A program made the translations under genes and the position numbers. The notes under the pieces were generated by a model. That model searched no databases, was not told the DNA's origin, and saw only the letters and a program-made list of their open reading frames with translations. 64,000 bases of DNA from a bacterium (GTDB lineage Bacteria; Elusimicrobiota; Elusimicrobia; UBA1565; UBA9628), in the NCBI GenBank assembly GCA_021822495.1, contig JAKAQO010000001.1, forward strand, positions 80,297 through 144,296, given 5' to 3'. Positions 30,892 through 40,584 of the stretch are shown here, piece by piece (the first letter of the stretch is position 1; every line of letters starts with the position of its first letter).

Positions 30892-32584
30892 AAATTTCAA
30901 ACGCCTCCCCTCGTCTTTTGCCTGGCTATTTTTGCTCACTCTTTCAATGCCCTTCTGGAGCCTTGGGCACCCTTTAATTGAAGTGGATGATGCCCGGTAC
31001 GCGGAAGTGCCAAGAGAAATGCTGGTTCTCAACCATTGGGCGACCCCGACCTTGGACTATTTCGATTACGTCGAGAAACCCCCCATGGGCTATTGGCTGG
31101 CTATCACGAGCTACAAAATTTTTGGAGTCAATGAAGCCGCCGCCCGCCTTCCCACCGCGCTTTTGTCCATTCTGGGAATTTTGCTTCTTATGTGGACCGG
31201 TTCGTGGCTGTTTGATTTTGAAACCGGGTTTTTAGCCGGCATTTTTCTTTCAACGAGTCTTCTCTACTTTTTCCTTTCCCATTACATCACGCCGGATTTG
31301 CCGGTCACGGTTTTTTTACTCGGCTCTTTTTCCCTCATTTTGAGAACTCTTTTCCATCCCGAGGACGCTTCCTGGTCCGTTCCCGGCGCCTGGGCTTTTT
31401 CAGCTCTCGCTTTTCTATCCAAGGGTCTCATTGGTCTTGTTTTCCCCGGAGGCTGGGCCATTCTGTCGGTTTTGGCCATGCCCTCATTAAGAAAAAACTT
31501 TTCTCTTCTCTTTAAAATCCAAGGGATTCTTCTTTTTGCCGCTCTTCTTTTTCCCTGGTTTTGGATCATGGAAAAACATCATCCCGGATTTTTTAAATTT
31601 TTCTTCTGGGACCAACACGTCCTTCGCTTTTTAACCCCTAAATATCACCGCTCAAACCCCTGGTACTTCTTCATTTTGATTTTTCCGCTGGCGGTTTTGC
31701 CCTGGAGCCCGCTAGCTTTAGCCGGCTTATGGAATGGGATCGTGAAGACAAAAGATGAAATTCCGGAAACTTCCCTCGCCATTTGGGTTTTGATGATCAC
31801 GGCCTTTTTTTCCATCTCTCACTCCAAACTCATTACTTACATTTTACCCGTGATTCCCCAGGCGTGTCTGCTTGCGGCCAGGGAGTTTAAAAAACCCTTG
31901 GCGCGTTGGGCCAAGAACACGGCCCTCTTTCTTTCCGCTATTTTTATCGCGGCCGCAATCGGCGCTCTTATTTTTTTTCATACGCATTTTGGGACAAAAT
32001 TCATCCCCCCGGGCCTTCCAAGAATCAATCTCAACATCAGTTGCGCCGTCGCGGTTTTACTTCTTTTCGCCGCCGCGCTTTGGAGTTTTGTCTTTGAAAA
32101 AGACGCACCCTCGGCCGCGACTGCGCCCGCACAAATACTCGGCCCTAAAATCCCTCCCCGGCTTTGGAAGCCTTTTGCCTGCGCATGGCTGGCGGGATTT
32201 TTAGGCCTCTACGCCTTTCAATTTGATTCCGGATTTTTGAGCGCAAAAAATATCGGGGGTTTCATCAATCAGTTCATCAAACCCGGAGATTTAATTTACA
32301 CCGATGGCATCTATCTTCAGGGAATTCCGTTTTATACCCAGCATCCGGTAGACAAGGTGCTCAACTGGACGGGGGAACTGGCCTACGCCAAGAATCTGAA
32401 AATTAATCAAGACCGCTTTGGAGACGATGCGGCCATCAAGGATTTGCCCATTCAAGGAAAGCAAGTTTTTATCGTTCTTCAAAAACGCGATATTCCCCAT
32501 ATCCTTAAAACGCTTAATGCCAAGAAAATGACCGGAAACAGAATCTACCTATCCGGCCCCTGGGCCTGTATTGATGTATACTAA
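30863..32584 (+). CDS. ArnT-like phospholipid-carrier glycosyltransferase (GT39/83)
   Basis: DDARYAE..REM, EKPP, ARLP, LSKG and SKLITYILP motifs. The start is uncertain. Confidence 0.88.
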   Translation: MGRCFLKWLENFKRLPSSFAWLFLLTLSMPFWSLGHPLIEVDDARYAEVPREMLVLNHWATPTLDYFDYVEKPPMGYWLAITSYKIFGVNEAAARLPTALLSILGILLLMWTGSWLFDFETGFLAGIFLSTSLLYFFLSHYITPDLPVTVFLLGSFSLILRTLFHPEDASWSVPGAWAFSALAFLSKGLIGLVFPGGWAILSVLAMPSLRKNFSLLFKIQGILLFAALLFPWFWIMEKHHPGFFKFFFWDQHVLRFLTPKYHRSNPWYFFILIFPLAVLPWSPLALAGLWNGIVKTKDEIPETSLAIWVLMITAFFSISHSKLITYILPVIPQACLLAAREFKKPLARWAKNTALFLSAIFIAAAIGALIFFHTHFGTKFIPPGLPRINLNISCAVAVLLLFAAALWSFVFEKDAPSAATAPAQILGPKIPPRLWKPFACAWLAGFLGLYAFQFDSGFLSAKNIGGFINQFIKPGDLIYTDGIYLQGIPFYTQHPVDKVLNWTGELAYAKNLKINQDRFGDDAAIKDLPIQGKQVFIVLQKRDIPHILKTLNAKKMTGNRIYLSGPWACIDVY

Positions 32585-32599
32585 GATTGAGGCCTATCC

Positions 32600-34285
32600 A
32601 TGCGCATCCGTTTTTCTCTCAAAAGCGAAGTCGCCGTCAGCTTTGTTTCCGCGTTTTTAATTTTAAGCATTATCGGCTTTGCCTCGTATGAAAGTCTCTA
32701 TGGATTCATCCAAACCCAAAAATGGGTCACCCACACCCAAGAAGATCTTCATCTTCTCAACCGGCTGTTGTCTGAGATTGAAACCGCAGGAAGCGAACAA
32801 AGGCTTTATATCATCACCGGACAAGAAAAATACATAGACTCCTACTCCGACTACAAACAGCGCGCTCTAAAGACTCTTGAGGAAGTAAACGCCCTCCTGG
32901 CTCCTCCAGACATTGGGCAAAAGCAAATCAGGATGCTTGAGCCTTTCATCATCGAGCGTTTTAAAATCGCCGATATCCTCATTAAAATTCGCAAGAAAGA
33001 CGGCCTTGCCGCCGCGCAGAAAATCATAAGGACTGGGCGCACTGACGGCATTACGACCTTAATTAGGAAATATATCGAGATTGTTAAAGACGAACAACAA
33101 AAGAGGCTTGCTGTCCGCATCGCCGCCGCCGGGAAAAGCGCGAAAAAAATGATCTCAGCCATTACGGCCGCGGTTCTAGCCGCGCTCATTTTTCTCTCCC
33201 TGGCGACTTGGATTATTTACCAAGACCTCGATGAGAGGCTACGGCTTGAGGAAGAGCGCGCGCGCTTTTTTAGGCTTTCCATCGATTTATTTTGCGTCGC
33301 CAACTTTTCCGGGTCTTTCGAACAAATCAATCCCGCCTGGGAAAGAGCCTTGGGATACTCTCCCTCTGAAATCATTTCCCGTCCCGTCATGGATTTTTTC
33401 CTTCCAGAAGACCGGGAAAAAGTTTCCAGTGAGATTGAACGCCTCACCCTGGGTTTTTCTCTCAAGGATTTTGAAGCCCGCATTCTCTGCAAGGACGGCT
33501 CTTCCAAATGGCTGAGATGGAACGCTGTTTCATCCATTCCCGAGAGACTCATCTACGCCTCCGCCCGCGACATCACTGAACAAAAGAAGGTCATCCAAAT
33601 GAAAGATGAAGTTATCGCGATGGCAACCCATGAGATGAGAAATCCGCTCACCGCCATTCACGCCTCTCTTTCGGTCTTGGTCGAGGAAATAAAACCGGTC
33701 CGAACCCCCTCAATTGACAAACTCCTTTCCATCGCCCATCAAAGCAGCGCGCATCTCATCGAACTCGTCAATGATTTCTTGGACATCCAAAAGCTGGAAT
33801 ACGGGCGCATGGAATTTCACATGAGGACACTCGCCATTGAACCTCTTATAAAAAAAGCCGCGGAGCTAAACTCAGCCTACGCTCAAAAACAGGGCGTAAA
33901 CATCCATATTCGCGGCCTCATTCCGCCAGTTGAAACAAGCGTGGATGAAGGACGATTTTTGCAGGTCATGGCGAATTTAATCACCAACGCCGTCAAATAT
34001 TCCGCTCAGGGCCAGACCGTGGATATTACCGCCGCCCAATGGGATGATTTTGTCCGCGTTTCCGTCATCGATTCCGGCTCTGGAATTCCAGAAGAATTTC
34101 ACGAACGGGTTTTTCAAAAATTTTCACAGGCCGCCGGCTCAAAACAAGGAACGGGTCTCGGGCTATCCATTTCCAAGGCCATTGTCGAAAAGATGGGCGG
34201 AACAATCGGCTTTAATACCAAAAAAGGCAAGGGAACCGAATTTTTCTTTGATTTGCCGATTGTTCCAAAGTCCAACCAGCCTTAA
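32600..34285 (+). CDS. CHASE3-PAS sensor histidine kinase
   Basis: TM-CHASE3 (WVTHT..EQRLYIITG)-TM, a PAS domain, THEMRNPL, NAVKY and GTGLGL. Confidence 0.92.
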   Translation: MRIRFSLKSEVAVSFVSAFLILSIIGFASYESLYGFIQTQKWVTHTQEDLHLLNRLLSEIETAGSEQRLYIITGQEKYIDSYSDYKQRALKTLEEVNALLAPPDIGQKQIRMLEPFIIERFKIADILIKIRKKDGLAAAQKIIRTGRTDGITTLIRKYIEIVKDEQQKRLAVRIAAAGKSAKKMISAITAAVLAALIFLSLATWIIYQDLDERLRLEEERARFFRLSIDLFCVANFSGSFEQINPAWERALGYSPSEIISRPVMDFFLPEDREKVSSEIERLTLGFSLKDFEARILCKDGSSKWLRWNAVSSIPERLIYASARDITEQKKVIQMKDEVIAMATHEMRNPLTAIHASLSVLVEEIKPVRTPSIDKLLSIAHQSSAHLIELVNDFLDIQKLEYGRMEFHMRTLAIEPLIKKAAELNSAYAQKQGVNIHIRGLIPPVETSVDEGRFLQVMANLITNAVKYSAQGQTVDITAAQWDDFVRVSVIDSGSGIPEEFHERVFQKFSQAAGSKQGTGLGLSISKAIVEKMGGTIGFNTKKGKGTEFFFDLPIVPKSNQP

Positions 34286-34291
34286 TAATCC

Positions 34292-34915
34292 TTATTGTTG
34301 CGCGGTCACGGAGAAAGAATTGCCATCGCAGGCGGTGGCAGTGGCAGCATACCCAGTCGCAACTCCGCCTGACATGCCTAATACTAGCGGGATGCTTAGA
34401 GAGCAACTAGAATATGAAATTCCATTCCCCGCGATATTTAGTCCCGGCGAAGTTAAATCAATAGTTCCACTGACATTATCAATTACACCTGAGCTATTCA
34501 TGCAGACAATCTCATTGGATCCATTAAATCCTAAATTGAACTGGCCAGAAAAAGTGTAACCGCTAGTCGTACAGCTTGAAAAAGTCATATTCTCAGTGCC
34601 GGAAAAAGCTTCCGCGCTATCGGTCTGTGGATTTGGACATCCAGACGGATCATAAGGCGCGGCTTGAGTTTGAAAACCAAACGAGGCGCAACTACTAAAA
34701 TTTCGGGGTTTTAAATGCCCTGCATGAAACCCTTCTGCTCGAACCGCCGCAGGAGTAACCTCAGAAAAGCCCAGAGCGAAATTAGCAATATCTCCGGTTG
34801 CCGCGCTGATTGATCCCGAAGAAGAAGAGCTGGAACTGCTTTTTTTACAAGCTGTAAAAATCGCGGCCAAAGCCAAGAAAACCAGTCCCAAACCCCATTT
34901 TTTTCTTGTGTCCAT
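34292..34915 (-). CDS. Hypothetical Ser/Cys-rich lipoprotein
   Basis: Lipobox FTAC, poly-Ser tether and several Cys residues. Confidence 0.75.
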   Translation of the reverse strand: MDTRKKWGLGLVFLALAAIFTACKKSSSSSSSSGSISAATGDIANFALGFSEVTPAAVRAEGFHAGHLKPRNFSSCASFGFQTQAAPYDPSGCPNPQTDSAEAFSGTENMTFSSCTTSGYTFSGQFNLGFNGSNEIVCMNSSGVIDNVSGTIDLTSPGLNIAGNGISYSSCSLSIPLVLGMSGGVATGYAATATACDGNSFSVTAQQ

Positions 34916-34992
34916 TTTTAATAGTCTCCGCCCTTAATCCCTAATATACAATACCTCCCACGCACAACGCGATAATTTTATAAAATAGCTTT

Positions 34993-36984
34993 GTGAGTCA
35001 AATAGAAACTTTGTCAAACACGCTAAAATACTGCGAAGGCCTTTTTCACTACCACCGCCGCAAGACGAGAGTCGTCATGGTAGGAAACGTCGGCGTTGGA
35101 GGCGACAACCCCATTCGCCTTCAATCCATGACGACGACCGACACCCTTAACGTAGAAGCGACTATTCTTCAGTCCATTCGCATGGCCGAAGCGGGATGCG
35201 AAATTATCCGCATTACCGCTCCCACTCCGGCGGACTCCAAAGCTCTTGGGAAAATCAAAGAAGGTCTTCTTAAGCGCGGAATCAATGTTCCCTTAGTCGC
35301 CGATATTCATTTTTCTCCCGCCGCCGCCATGGAAGCCGCGGAATACGTCGAAAAGGTGCGCATCAACCCCGGAAATTTCGTCGATACCAAGCGCTTTGCC
35401 GTCAAAGAATACACCGACGCTGAATACTTAAAAGAAATCGAGCGAATTGAAGAACGTTTTACCCCCTTAGTTGAAAAACTTAAGCGACTCAAAAGAGCCC
35501 TCCGAATCGGAACGAACCACGGTTCTCTTTCCGATCGCATCATGAATCGCTACGGAGATTCTCCTCTGGGAATGGTCGAAAGCGCTCTTGAATTTGTCCG
35601 TATCTGTGAGAAAAACGGTTTTCATGATATTGTCTTGTCCATGAAAGCCTCAAACCCGAAAATCATGATCGCGGCTTATCGTCTTTTAGCGGCGCGCATG
35701 AATGAACTAGGCATGGATTATCCCTTTCACTTGGGAGTGACCGAAGCCGGCGGCGGGGAAGACGGACGGATTAAATCCGCAATTGGAATCGGAAGCCTCT
35801 TGGCCGATGGCATTGGAGACACTATTCGAGTTTCTCTCACCGAAGACCCTGAGTTTGAAATCCCTGTTTGCAAAGCCTTGGCTCAACCTTATCAAAAAAA
35901 ACCCGCGCAAAAAGCCTCTCCGGAAAACGCCGAATTAAAATATACCCCCGATTTTTATAGCTATGCCCGCCGCCTAAGTTCTCTTCTTCGCGTTGGTCCC
36001 TTTATGATCGGGAAAGAGAATCCAATTCGCGTGATCACCTCCATCCCCGCCTCATGGACCGCCCAGCAGATTCTTTCCTGGTTTGAAACTCAGCTTAAAA
36101 ATGGAAACGGAGCCGATCCGGAAATTTTAGCCTTTGACATTAGAAATTCCGCCGAAGCCGAGGCTTTTATTGAGTTAAGAAAATCTCTTGCCTCGGAAAC
36201 TTCTCGCCTGGCCTTTTTAGGCCGCTTTGAAACCCAAGAGGCCGAAACGCTTTCAGCTCTCAAACATTTTGATCTCATCAGCTGGACCAAAGACCCAAAG
36301 GATTTTCCCGCTTTTTGTCAAAAAGCCGCATCCACGGGTCTTCCGCTTTTAATTGAAGGAAAAAGCGCGGATGAAACGCTTCAAATGGCGAAAGAGGCTC
36401 AAAAAGAAGGCCTTCCGGTTTTATTAAGCCTTGTGGGACAAGAAACCGCCGCTTTAATTTATGAGTACCGCAAACTCGCCGCCAAAGCGAGTTCTCTTCC
36501 CATTCACATCCACGCGCCGCATTTTGAACAACCGGAAACTCGACTTCTGGAATCCTCCGTTTTAACGGGAAGTCTCCTCAGCGACGGAATCGGCGACTCT
36601 TTTGAGCTTAATTCGCTGGGAAACCCGAAAGAAGATTTACGGCTCTCTTACGACATTCTCCAGGGCGCTCAAAGCCGGATTACCAAAACCGAATTTGTCT
36701 CCTGCCCTTCCTGTGGTAGAACCCTTTTTGATCTTCAAACGACAACCGAGCGTATCAAGAAAAAAACCGGGCATCTGAAAGGCGTTAAGATCGCAATTAT
36801 GGGTTGCATCGTAAACGGCCCCGGAGAAATGGCCGACGCCGATTTTGGATACGTAGGCGGCGCGCCGGACAAAATCAATCTCTATGTCGGCAAGGAATGC
36901 GTCAAAAAAGGCGTTCCCGCTGTAGAGGCCGACCAGGCGCTTATTGACCTCATCAAAACCCACGGCAAATGGGTCGAGCCTTAA
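34993..36984 (+). CDS. ispG: HMBPP synthase IspG, long three-domain form
   Basis: QSMTTT, RINPGN, RIGTNHGS, HLGVTEAG, SCPSCGR and MGCIVNGPGE, plus a large internal domain. Confidence 0.96.
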   Translation: MSQIETLSNTLKYCEGLFHYHRRKTRVVMVGNVGVGGDNPIRLQSMTTTDTLNVEATILQSIRMAEAGCEIIRITAPTPADSKALGKIKEGLLKRGINVPLVADIHFSPAAAMEAAEYVEKVRINPGNFVDTKRFAVKEYTDAEYLKEIERIEERFTPLVEKLKRLKRALRIGTNHGSLSDRIMNRYGDSPLGMVESALEFVRICEKNGFHDIVLSMKASNPKIMIAAYRLLAARMNELGMDYPFHLGVTEAGGGEDGRIKSAIGIGSLLADGIGDTIRVSLTEDPEFEIPVCKALAQPYQKKPAQKASPENAELKYTPDFYSYARRLSSLLRVGPFMIGKENPIRVITSIPASWTAQQILSWFETQLKNGNGADPEILAFDIRNSAEAEAFIELRKSLASETSRLAFLGRFETQEAETLSALKHFDLISWTKDPKDFPAFCQKAASTGLPLLIEGKSADETLQMAKEAQKEGLPVLLSLVGQETAALIYEYRKLAAKASSLPIHIHAPHFEQPETRLLESSVLTGSLLSDGIGDSFELNSLGNPKEDLRLSYDILQGAQSRITKTEFVSCPSCGRTLFDLQTTTERIKKKTGHLKGVKIAIMGCIVNGPGEMADADFGYVGGAPDKINLYVGKECVKKGVPAVEADQALIDLIKTHGKWVEP

Positions 36985-37466
36985 AGCGATTCTAAAAGCT
37001 TCCGCGCCCGCGCGCCCAAGGCGCGAAAAGAAATTTGACGTCCCTCTTTTTGATACTCAAATGAAATTTCAAGCCGGTCAGAAGGAAGATAAAGACGGCC
37101 GGAAGCGGCCCATTCAATCAAAGACGCGCCCTTGGGATCTCCAAAACAATCTTCAAGGCCGATTTCGCTGGTCTCAAGTTCAGAAACGCGGAATAAATCC
37201 AGGTGATAAAGATTGAGTTTCTGCGTTCGGTAAATCCGGACTAAGCCAAAACTGGGGCTCATGACGTCTCCTTTAAAGCCCGCGCCTCGGGCCGCTCCTT
37301 CCACAAAAGCGGTTTTACCGGCGCCCAGGTTTCCTTGAAGACACACAATATCCAAGGACTTTAAAGCGCGACCCAGTTTTTTTCCCAAGGCTTTGGTCTC
37401 ATCCACGCTGGAAGAATAAAAAGAAAAATCCGCTCCCTTTTCCTTAATGACCCTTACTTTCGGCAT
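36981..37466 (-). CDS. tsaE: tRNA threonylcarbamoyladenosine biosynthesis ATPase TsaE
   Basis: GNLGAGKT, SPSF, HLDLFR and IEWA motifs. Confidence 0.93.
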   Translation of the reverse strand: MPKVRVIKEKGADFSFYSSSVDETKALGKKLGRALKSLDIVCLQGNLGAGKTAFVEGAARGAGFKGDVMSPSFGLVRIYRTQKLNLYHLDLFRVSELETSEIGLEDCFGDPKGASLIEWAASGRLYLPSDRLEISFEYQKEGRQISFRALGARARKLLESL

Positions 37467-38356
37467 ATCTTTTTAAACGCTTGTGGGAAAAAAGAAATGA
37501 GGTCTTGAGCGCTCATCGCATAGGGAGTAAGCGCTTCTTCGGCGAAGTCTCCAGCTAACCCATGCAAATAGGCGCCAAGCACGGCCGTTTCAAACGCACC
37601 GACATTCTTAAGCCGCCGGGAAGACAGGTTTTGCGCCCACAAGCCAGAGACAAGTCCGGTCAAAATATCCCCACTTCCTCCGCGGGAAAGCCCTGTGTTT
37701 CCGCTTGAGTTGACCGCTTCCTTGCCATTTCCAACAATGAGACTCGGATGCCCTTTAAAAATTACGACCGCATTAAATTTTTCAGCCAGATGGTGGGCGC
37801 ACCAAGAACGCTCGGAAAGCGCTTTTGAAAGAGAAATTCCCAAACACCGCGCCATTTCTCCGGCATGCGGGGTCAAAATAGACGGGCTCTTTCGCCGCTT
37901 CATAATTTTTGTAAATTCTTGAGGGTTCTTGGCCATCAAATTGAGGGCATCGGCGTCTATCACTGAAGGAATATCCATCTCCAAGATTAAGCGCAGACAC
38001 TTTCCCGTTTCCGAGCTTTGGGAGATTCCCGGCCCTACGGCCAGAACGTCAAAACGCCTCATTTGATGAGCGCGTTCAATTTGTTTAAACGCCCGTTTTG
38101 AGATAGCGCCGCTTGAGGTCTCATCCAACCCCACGGTCAAGGCTTCAGGAATAAAAGAAACGGCCGCAACCTCAAAGCTTTTTGGAATTCCAAGACTGAC
38201 CAACCCCACGCCGGATTTTAAACAGGCTTTGGCCGCTAATAAAGCCGCTCCCATCATCCCGCGAGAACCCGCTACAATTAAAGCATGGCCGAAAACGCCT
38301 TTGTGGTCCTCCGGATAGCGAGGAGTTAAAGAAAAAGGGACTGTCCCTTTTTTCAT
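37454..38356 (-). CDS. nnrD: ADP-dependent NAD(P)H-hydrate dehydratase (stand-alone)
   Basis: HKGVFG, GPG, IDADAL, LTPHAGE and GSGDILTG motifs. Confidence 0.92.
   Translation of the reverse strand: MKKGTVPFSLTPRYPEDHKGVFGHALIVAGSRGMMGAALLAAKACLKSGVGLVSLGIPKSFEVAAVSFIPEALTVGLDETSSGAISKRAFKQIERAHQMRRFDVLAVGPGISQSSETGKCLRLILEMDIPSVIDADALNLMAKNPQEFTKIMKRRKSPSILTPHAGEMARCLGISLSKALSERSWCAHHLAEKFNAVVIFKGHPSLIVGNGKEAVNSSGNTGLSRGGSGDILTGLVSGLWAQNLSSRRLKNVGAFETAVLGAYLHGLAGDFAEEALTPYAMSAQDLISFFPQAFKKICRK
38332..38352. repeat. GGAC-W-GTCC palindrome, copy 2 (inside nnrD 5' coding region)
   Basis: AAAAAGGGAC-T-GTCCCTTTTT, which encodes KKGTVPF. Confidence 0.7.
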
Positions 38357-38360
38357 ATTT

Positions 38361-38732
38361 TCACCGCGACCTCGCCGCGACCGCCAAGGCATAGTCCCGG
38401 CTGTGCGTCAGAGACAACTGAATGTCCTCCGCCTTTTTCCCGCGCAAGAGAACGCTGGGACGCCCATTTTTATCGCGGTCAACAGAAATATCCTTAAGGG
38501 TCAATCCTTTTTGCCCCAAAGCCTTCCAGACCGCTTCCTTGGCGGCAAATCGAACCGCGAAATGAGGCCAGGGATTTTTCTTGGGACGGCAATAGGCGAT
38601 TTCTTCTTCTGTAAAAATCCGCGGCAAGAATTTTTTTGATCGCCCGGCCAAGGACTTAATGCGAGAGACTTCGATGATGTCCAGCCCCAAATTCAAGCCG
38701 GATAAACTATTCGACTGTGACGCTTTTGGCAA
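38361..38732 (-). CDS. acpS: Holo-ACP synthase
   Basis: GLDIIE, RFAAKEA and SLTH motifs. The start is uncertain. Confidence 0.93.
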   Translation of the reverse strand: MPKASQSNSLSGLNLGLDIIEVSRIKSLAGRSKKFLPRIFTEEEIAYCRPKKNPWPHFAVRFAAKEAVWKALGQKGLTLKDISVDRDKNGRPSVLLRGKKAEDIQLSLTHSRDYALAVAARSR

Positions 38733-40575
38733 GATTTCTAGGCTGGTCGATATCCAGCCCCCTCAACGCCGCGACGTAATAGGCCAGCATCTGAAGCGGA
38801 ATGACCGCGAGAATGGGGGCCAAGGCTTCTGAAGTCATCGGGACCTCAAGGACATAATCCGCCCGCGCTTCGGGATCGCCTTTACTTTTGACCATAATCA
38901 CCTGTCCGCCGCGCGCGCGAATCTCCTCGCAATTAGAAACCGTTTTATCAAAGACCGGAGAATGGGTCGCAATGGCGACGACCGGCATTTCCTCGTCAAT
39001 CAAGGCAATCGAACCGTGCTTAAGTTCCCCCGCGGCAAAACCCTCCGCGTGAATATAGGAAATTTCCTTAAGTTTCAAAGCCGCTTCCAAGGCGATGGGA
39101 TAATTGAGGCGGCGGCCAATAAAAATAAAGTTACGGCTCTTAAAAAAGTGCTTGGCGATTTGGCGGGTCTTTTCCTCAAGTTTCAAAGTCTCGCGAACTA
39201 ACGTTGGGATATGCGCGGCCTCACGCGCCAGTTCCAAGGCCTTGGCTTTCGGCAAGGTCTTTCTTGAAAGGCCCATGTGAACTGAAAACGCAAACAAAGC
39301 CGCTAATTGCCCAGTAAAAGCCTTGGTTGAAGCGACCCCGAGTTCCGGGCCGCAGCGGGTATAGAGATTGTAGTTGGCTTCCCGCGAAATGGCGGAGCCC
39401 AGGGTGTTGGTAATCGCTAAAACCGGAATATTCTTTGATTTCGCGAGGCGAATAGAAGCCAGAGTATCGGCGGTTTCTCCGGATTGGCTGACCGCGACCA
39501 CTAAATCTCCTTCTTCAAGGCGCACGTCGCGGTATCTAAATTCCGATCCAATCTCGACAAAGATAGGAAGCCCGACCATTTCTTCCAGCCAAAATTTCGC
39601 CACCCGGCAAGCGTGATAGGCCGTTCCGCAACCCACCATATAAATGGTTTTGACGGATTTAAGGTATCCGCTCTTAAACCCCGCTTCTTTTTCAAGCGCG
39701 CCTTCGATTAATGGAAAAATCCGGCCGCGCAGGGTTTCCTCGCAAGCCTCGGGCTGTTCGTGAATTTCCTTAAGCATGAAGTGGCGGTATCCGCCTTTTT
39801 CCGCCATGCTCCGGTCCCAGGAGATTTGAACCGGCTTTTTTTGAATCGGATTTCCGGAAATATCGAAGAATTCGCAGGAATCCGCCTTCAGTAGCGCCAT
39901 TTCTCCATCCTCGAGAAAAACCGCCTGTCGGGTGTATTCCAAAAAGGCCGGAACATCCGAAGCCAAGAAATTTTCTCCATCACCAAGACCAATCACTAAG
40001 GGAGAAGCGGTCTTAGCGGCAATTAAAGACCCCGGCGCGTGCGCGGAAACAATGGCCAAAGCATAAGCGCCTTTTAAATCCCTCAGCGTCAGACGCACCG
40101 CTTCAAAAAAGTTTTTCTCTCCGCTTTGCTTACTTCCATTAGAAGATTTCTTCATCAAGACCGCGAAATTTTCCTCGATTAGATGCGCGATGACCTCGGT
40201 GTCGGTGTCGGAGGCGAAATGATGCCCTTGTTCCGTCAAGCGGTCTTTGAGTTCCGAAAAATTTTCAATAATCCCGTTATGGATGACGACCAAGGACCCC
40301 GAACAATCCGCGTGCGGATGGGCGTTTTCTTCCGAGGGGCGCCCGTGCGTCGCCCAACGGGTATGCCCCAAGGCCGGAGTTCCCTCCAAGGGTTCCTTGC
40401 GCAACAAATTTTTAAGGTTGACGAGTTTTCCGGAAGCTCGTCTTCGGACAATTTTTCCGCCGGATAAAACCGCGATGCCCGCCGAATCATATCCCCTGTA
40501 TTCAAGGCTCTTAAGCCCGTCTAAGACTAAAGGGACCGCTTCTCTTTCCCCAACATAGCCAACAATTCCGCACAT
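38707..40575 (-). CDS. glmS: Glutamine--fructose-6-phosphate transaminase
   Basis: MCGIVG, HTRWATHG, SQSGETAD and PRNLAKSVTVE motifs. Confidence 0.98.
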   Translation of the reverse strand: MCGIVGYVGEREAVPLVLDGLKSLEYRGYDSAGIAVLSGGKIVRRRASGKLVNLKNLLRKEPLEGTPALGHTRWATHGRPSEENAHPHADCSGSLVVIHNGIIENFSELKDRLTEQGHHFASDTDTEVIAHLIEENFAVLMKKSSNGSKQSGEKNFFEAVRLTLRDLKGAYALAIVSAHAPGSLIAAKTASPLVIGLGDGENFLASDVPAFLEYTRQAVFLEDGEMALLKADSCEFFDISGNPIQKKPVQISWDRSMAEKGGYRHFMLKEIHEQPEACEETLRGRIFPLIEGALEKEAGFKSGYLKSVKTIYMVGCGTAYHACRVAKFWLEEMVGLPIFVEIGSEFRYRDVRLEEGDLVVAVSQSGETADTLASIRLAKSKNIPVLAITNTLGSAISREANYNLYTRCGPELGVASTKAFTGQLAALFAFSVHMGLSRKTLPKAKALELAREAAHIPTLVRETLKLEEKTRQIAKHFFKSRNFIFIGRRLNYPIALEAALKLKEISYIHAEGFAAGELKHGSIALIDEEMPVVAIATHSPVFDKTVSNCEEIRARGGQVIMVKSKGDPEARADYVLEVPMTSEALAPILAVIPLQMLAYYVAALRGLDIDQPRNLAKSVTVE

Positions 40576-40584
40576 AAAAACTCC

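Noticed and set aside
40576-40584. glmS ribozyme
   Set aside because: The intergenic gap is only 9 bp.
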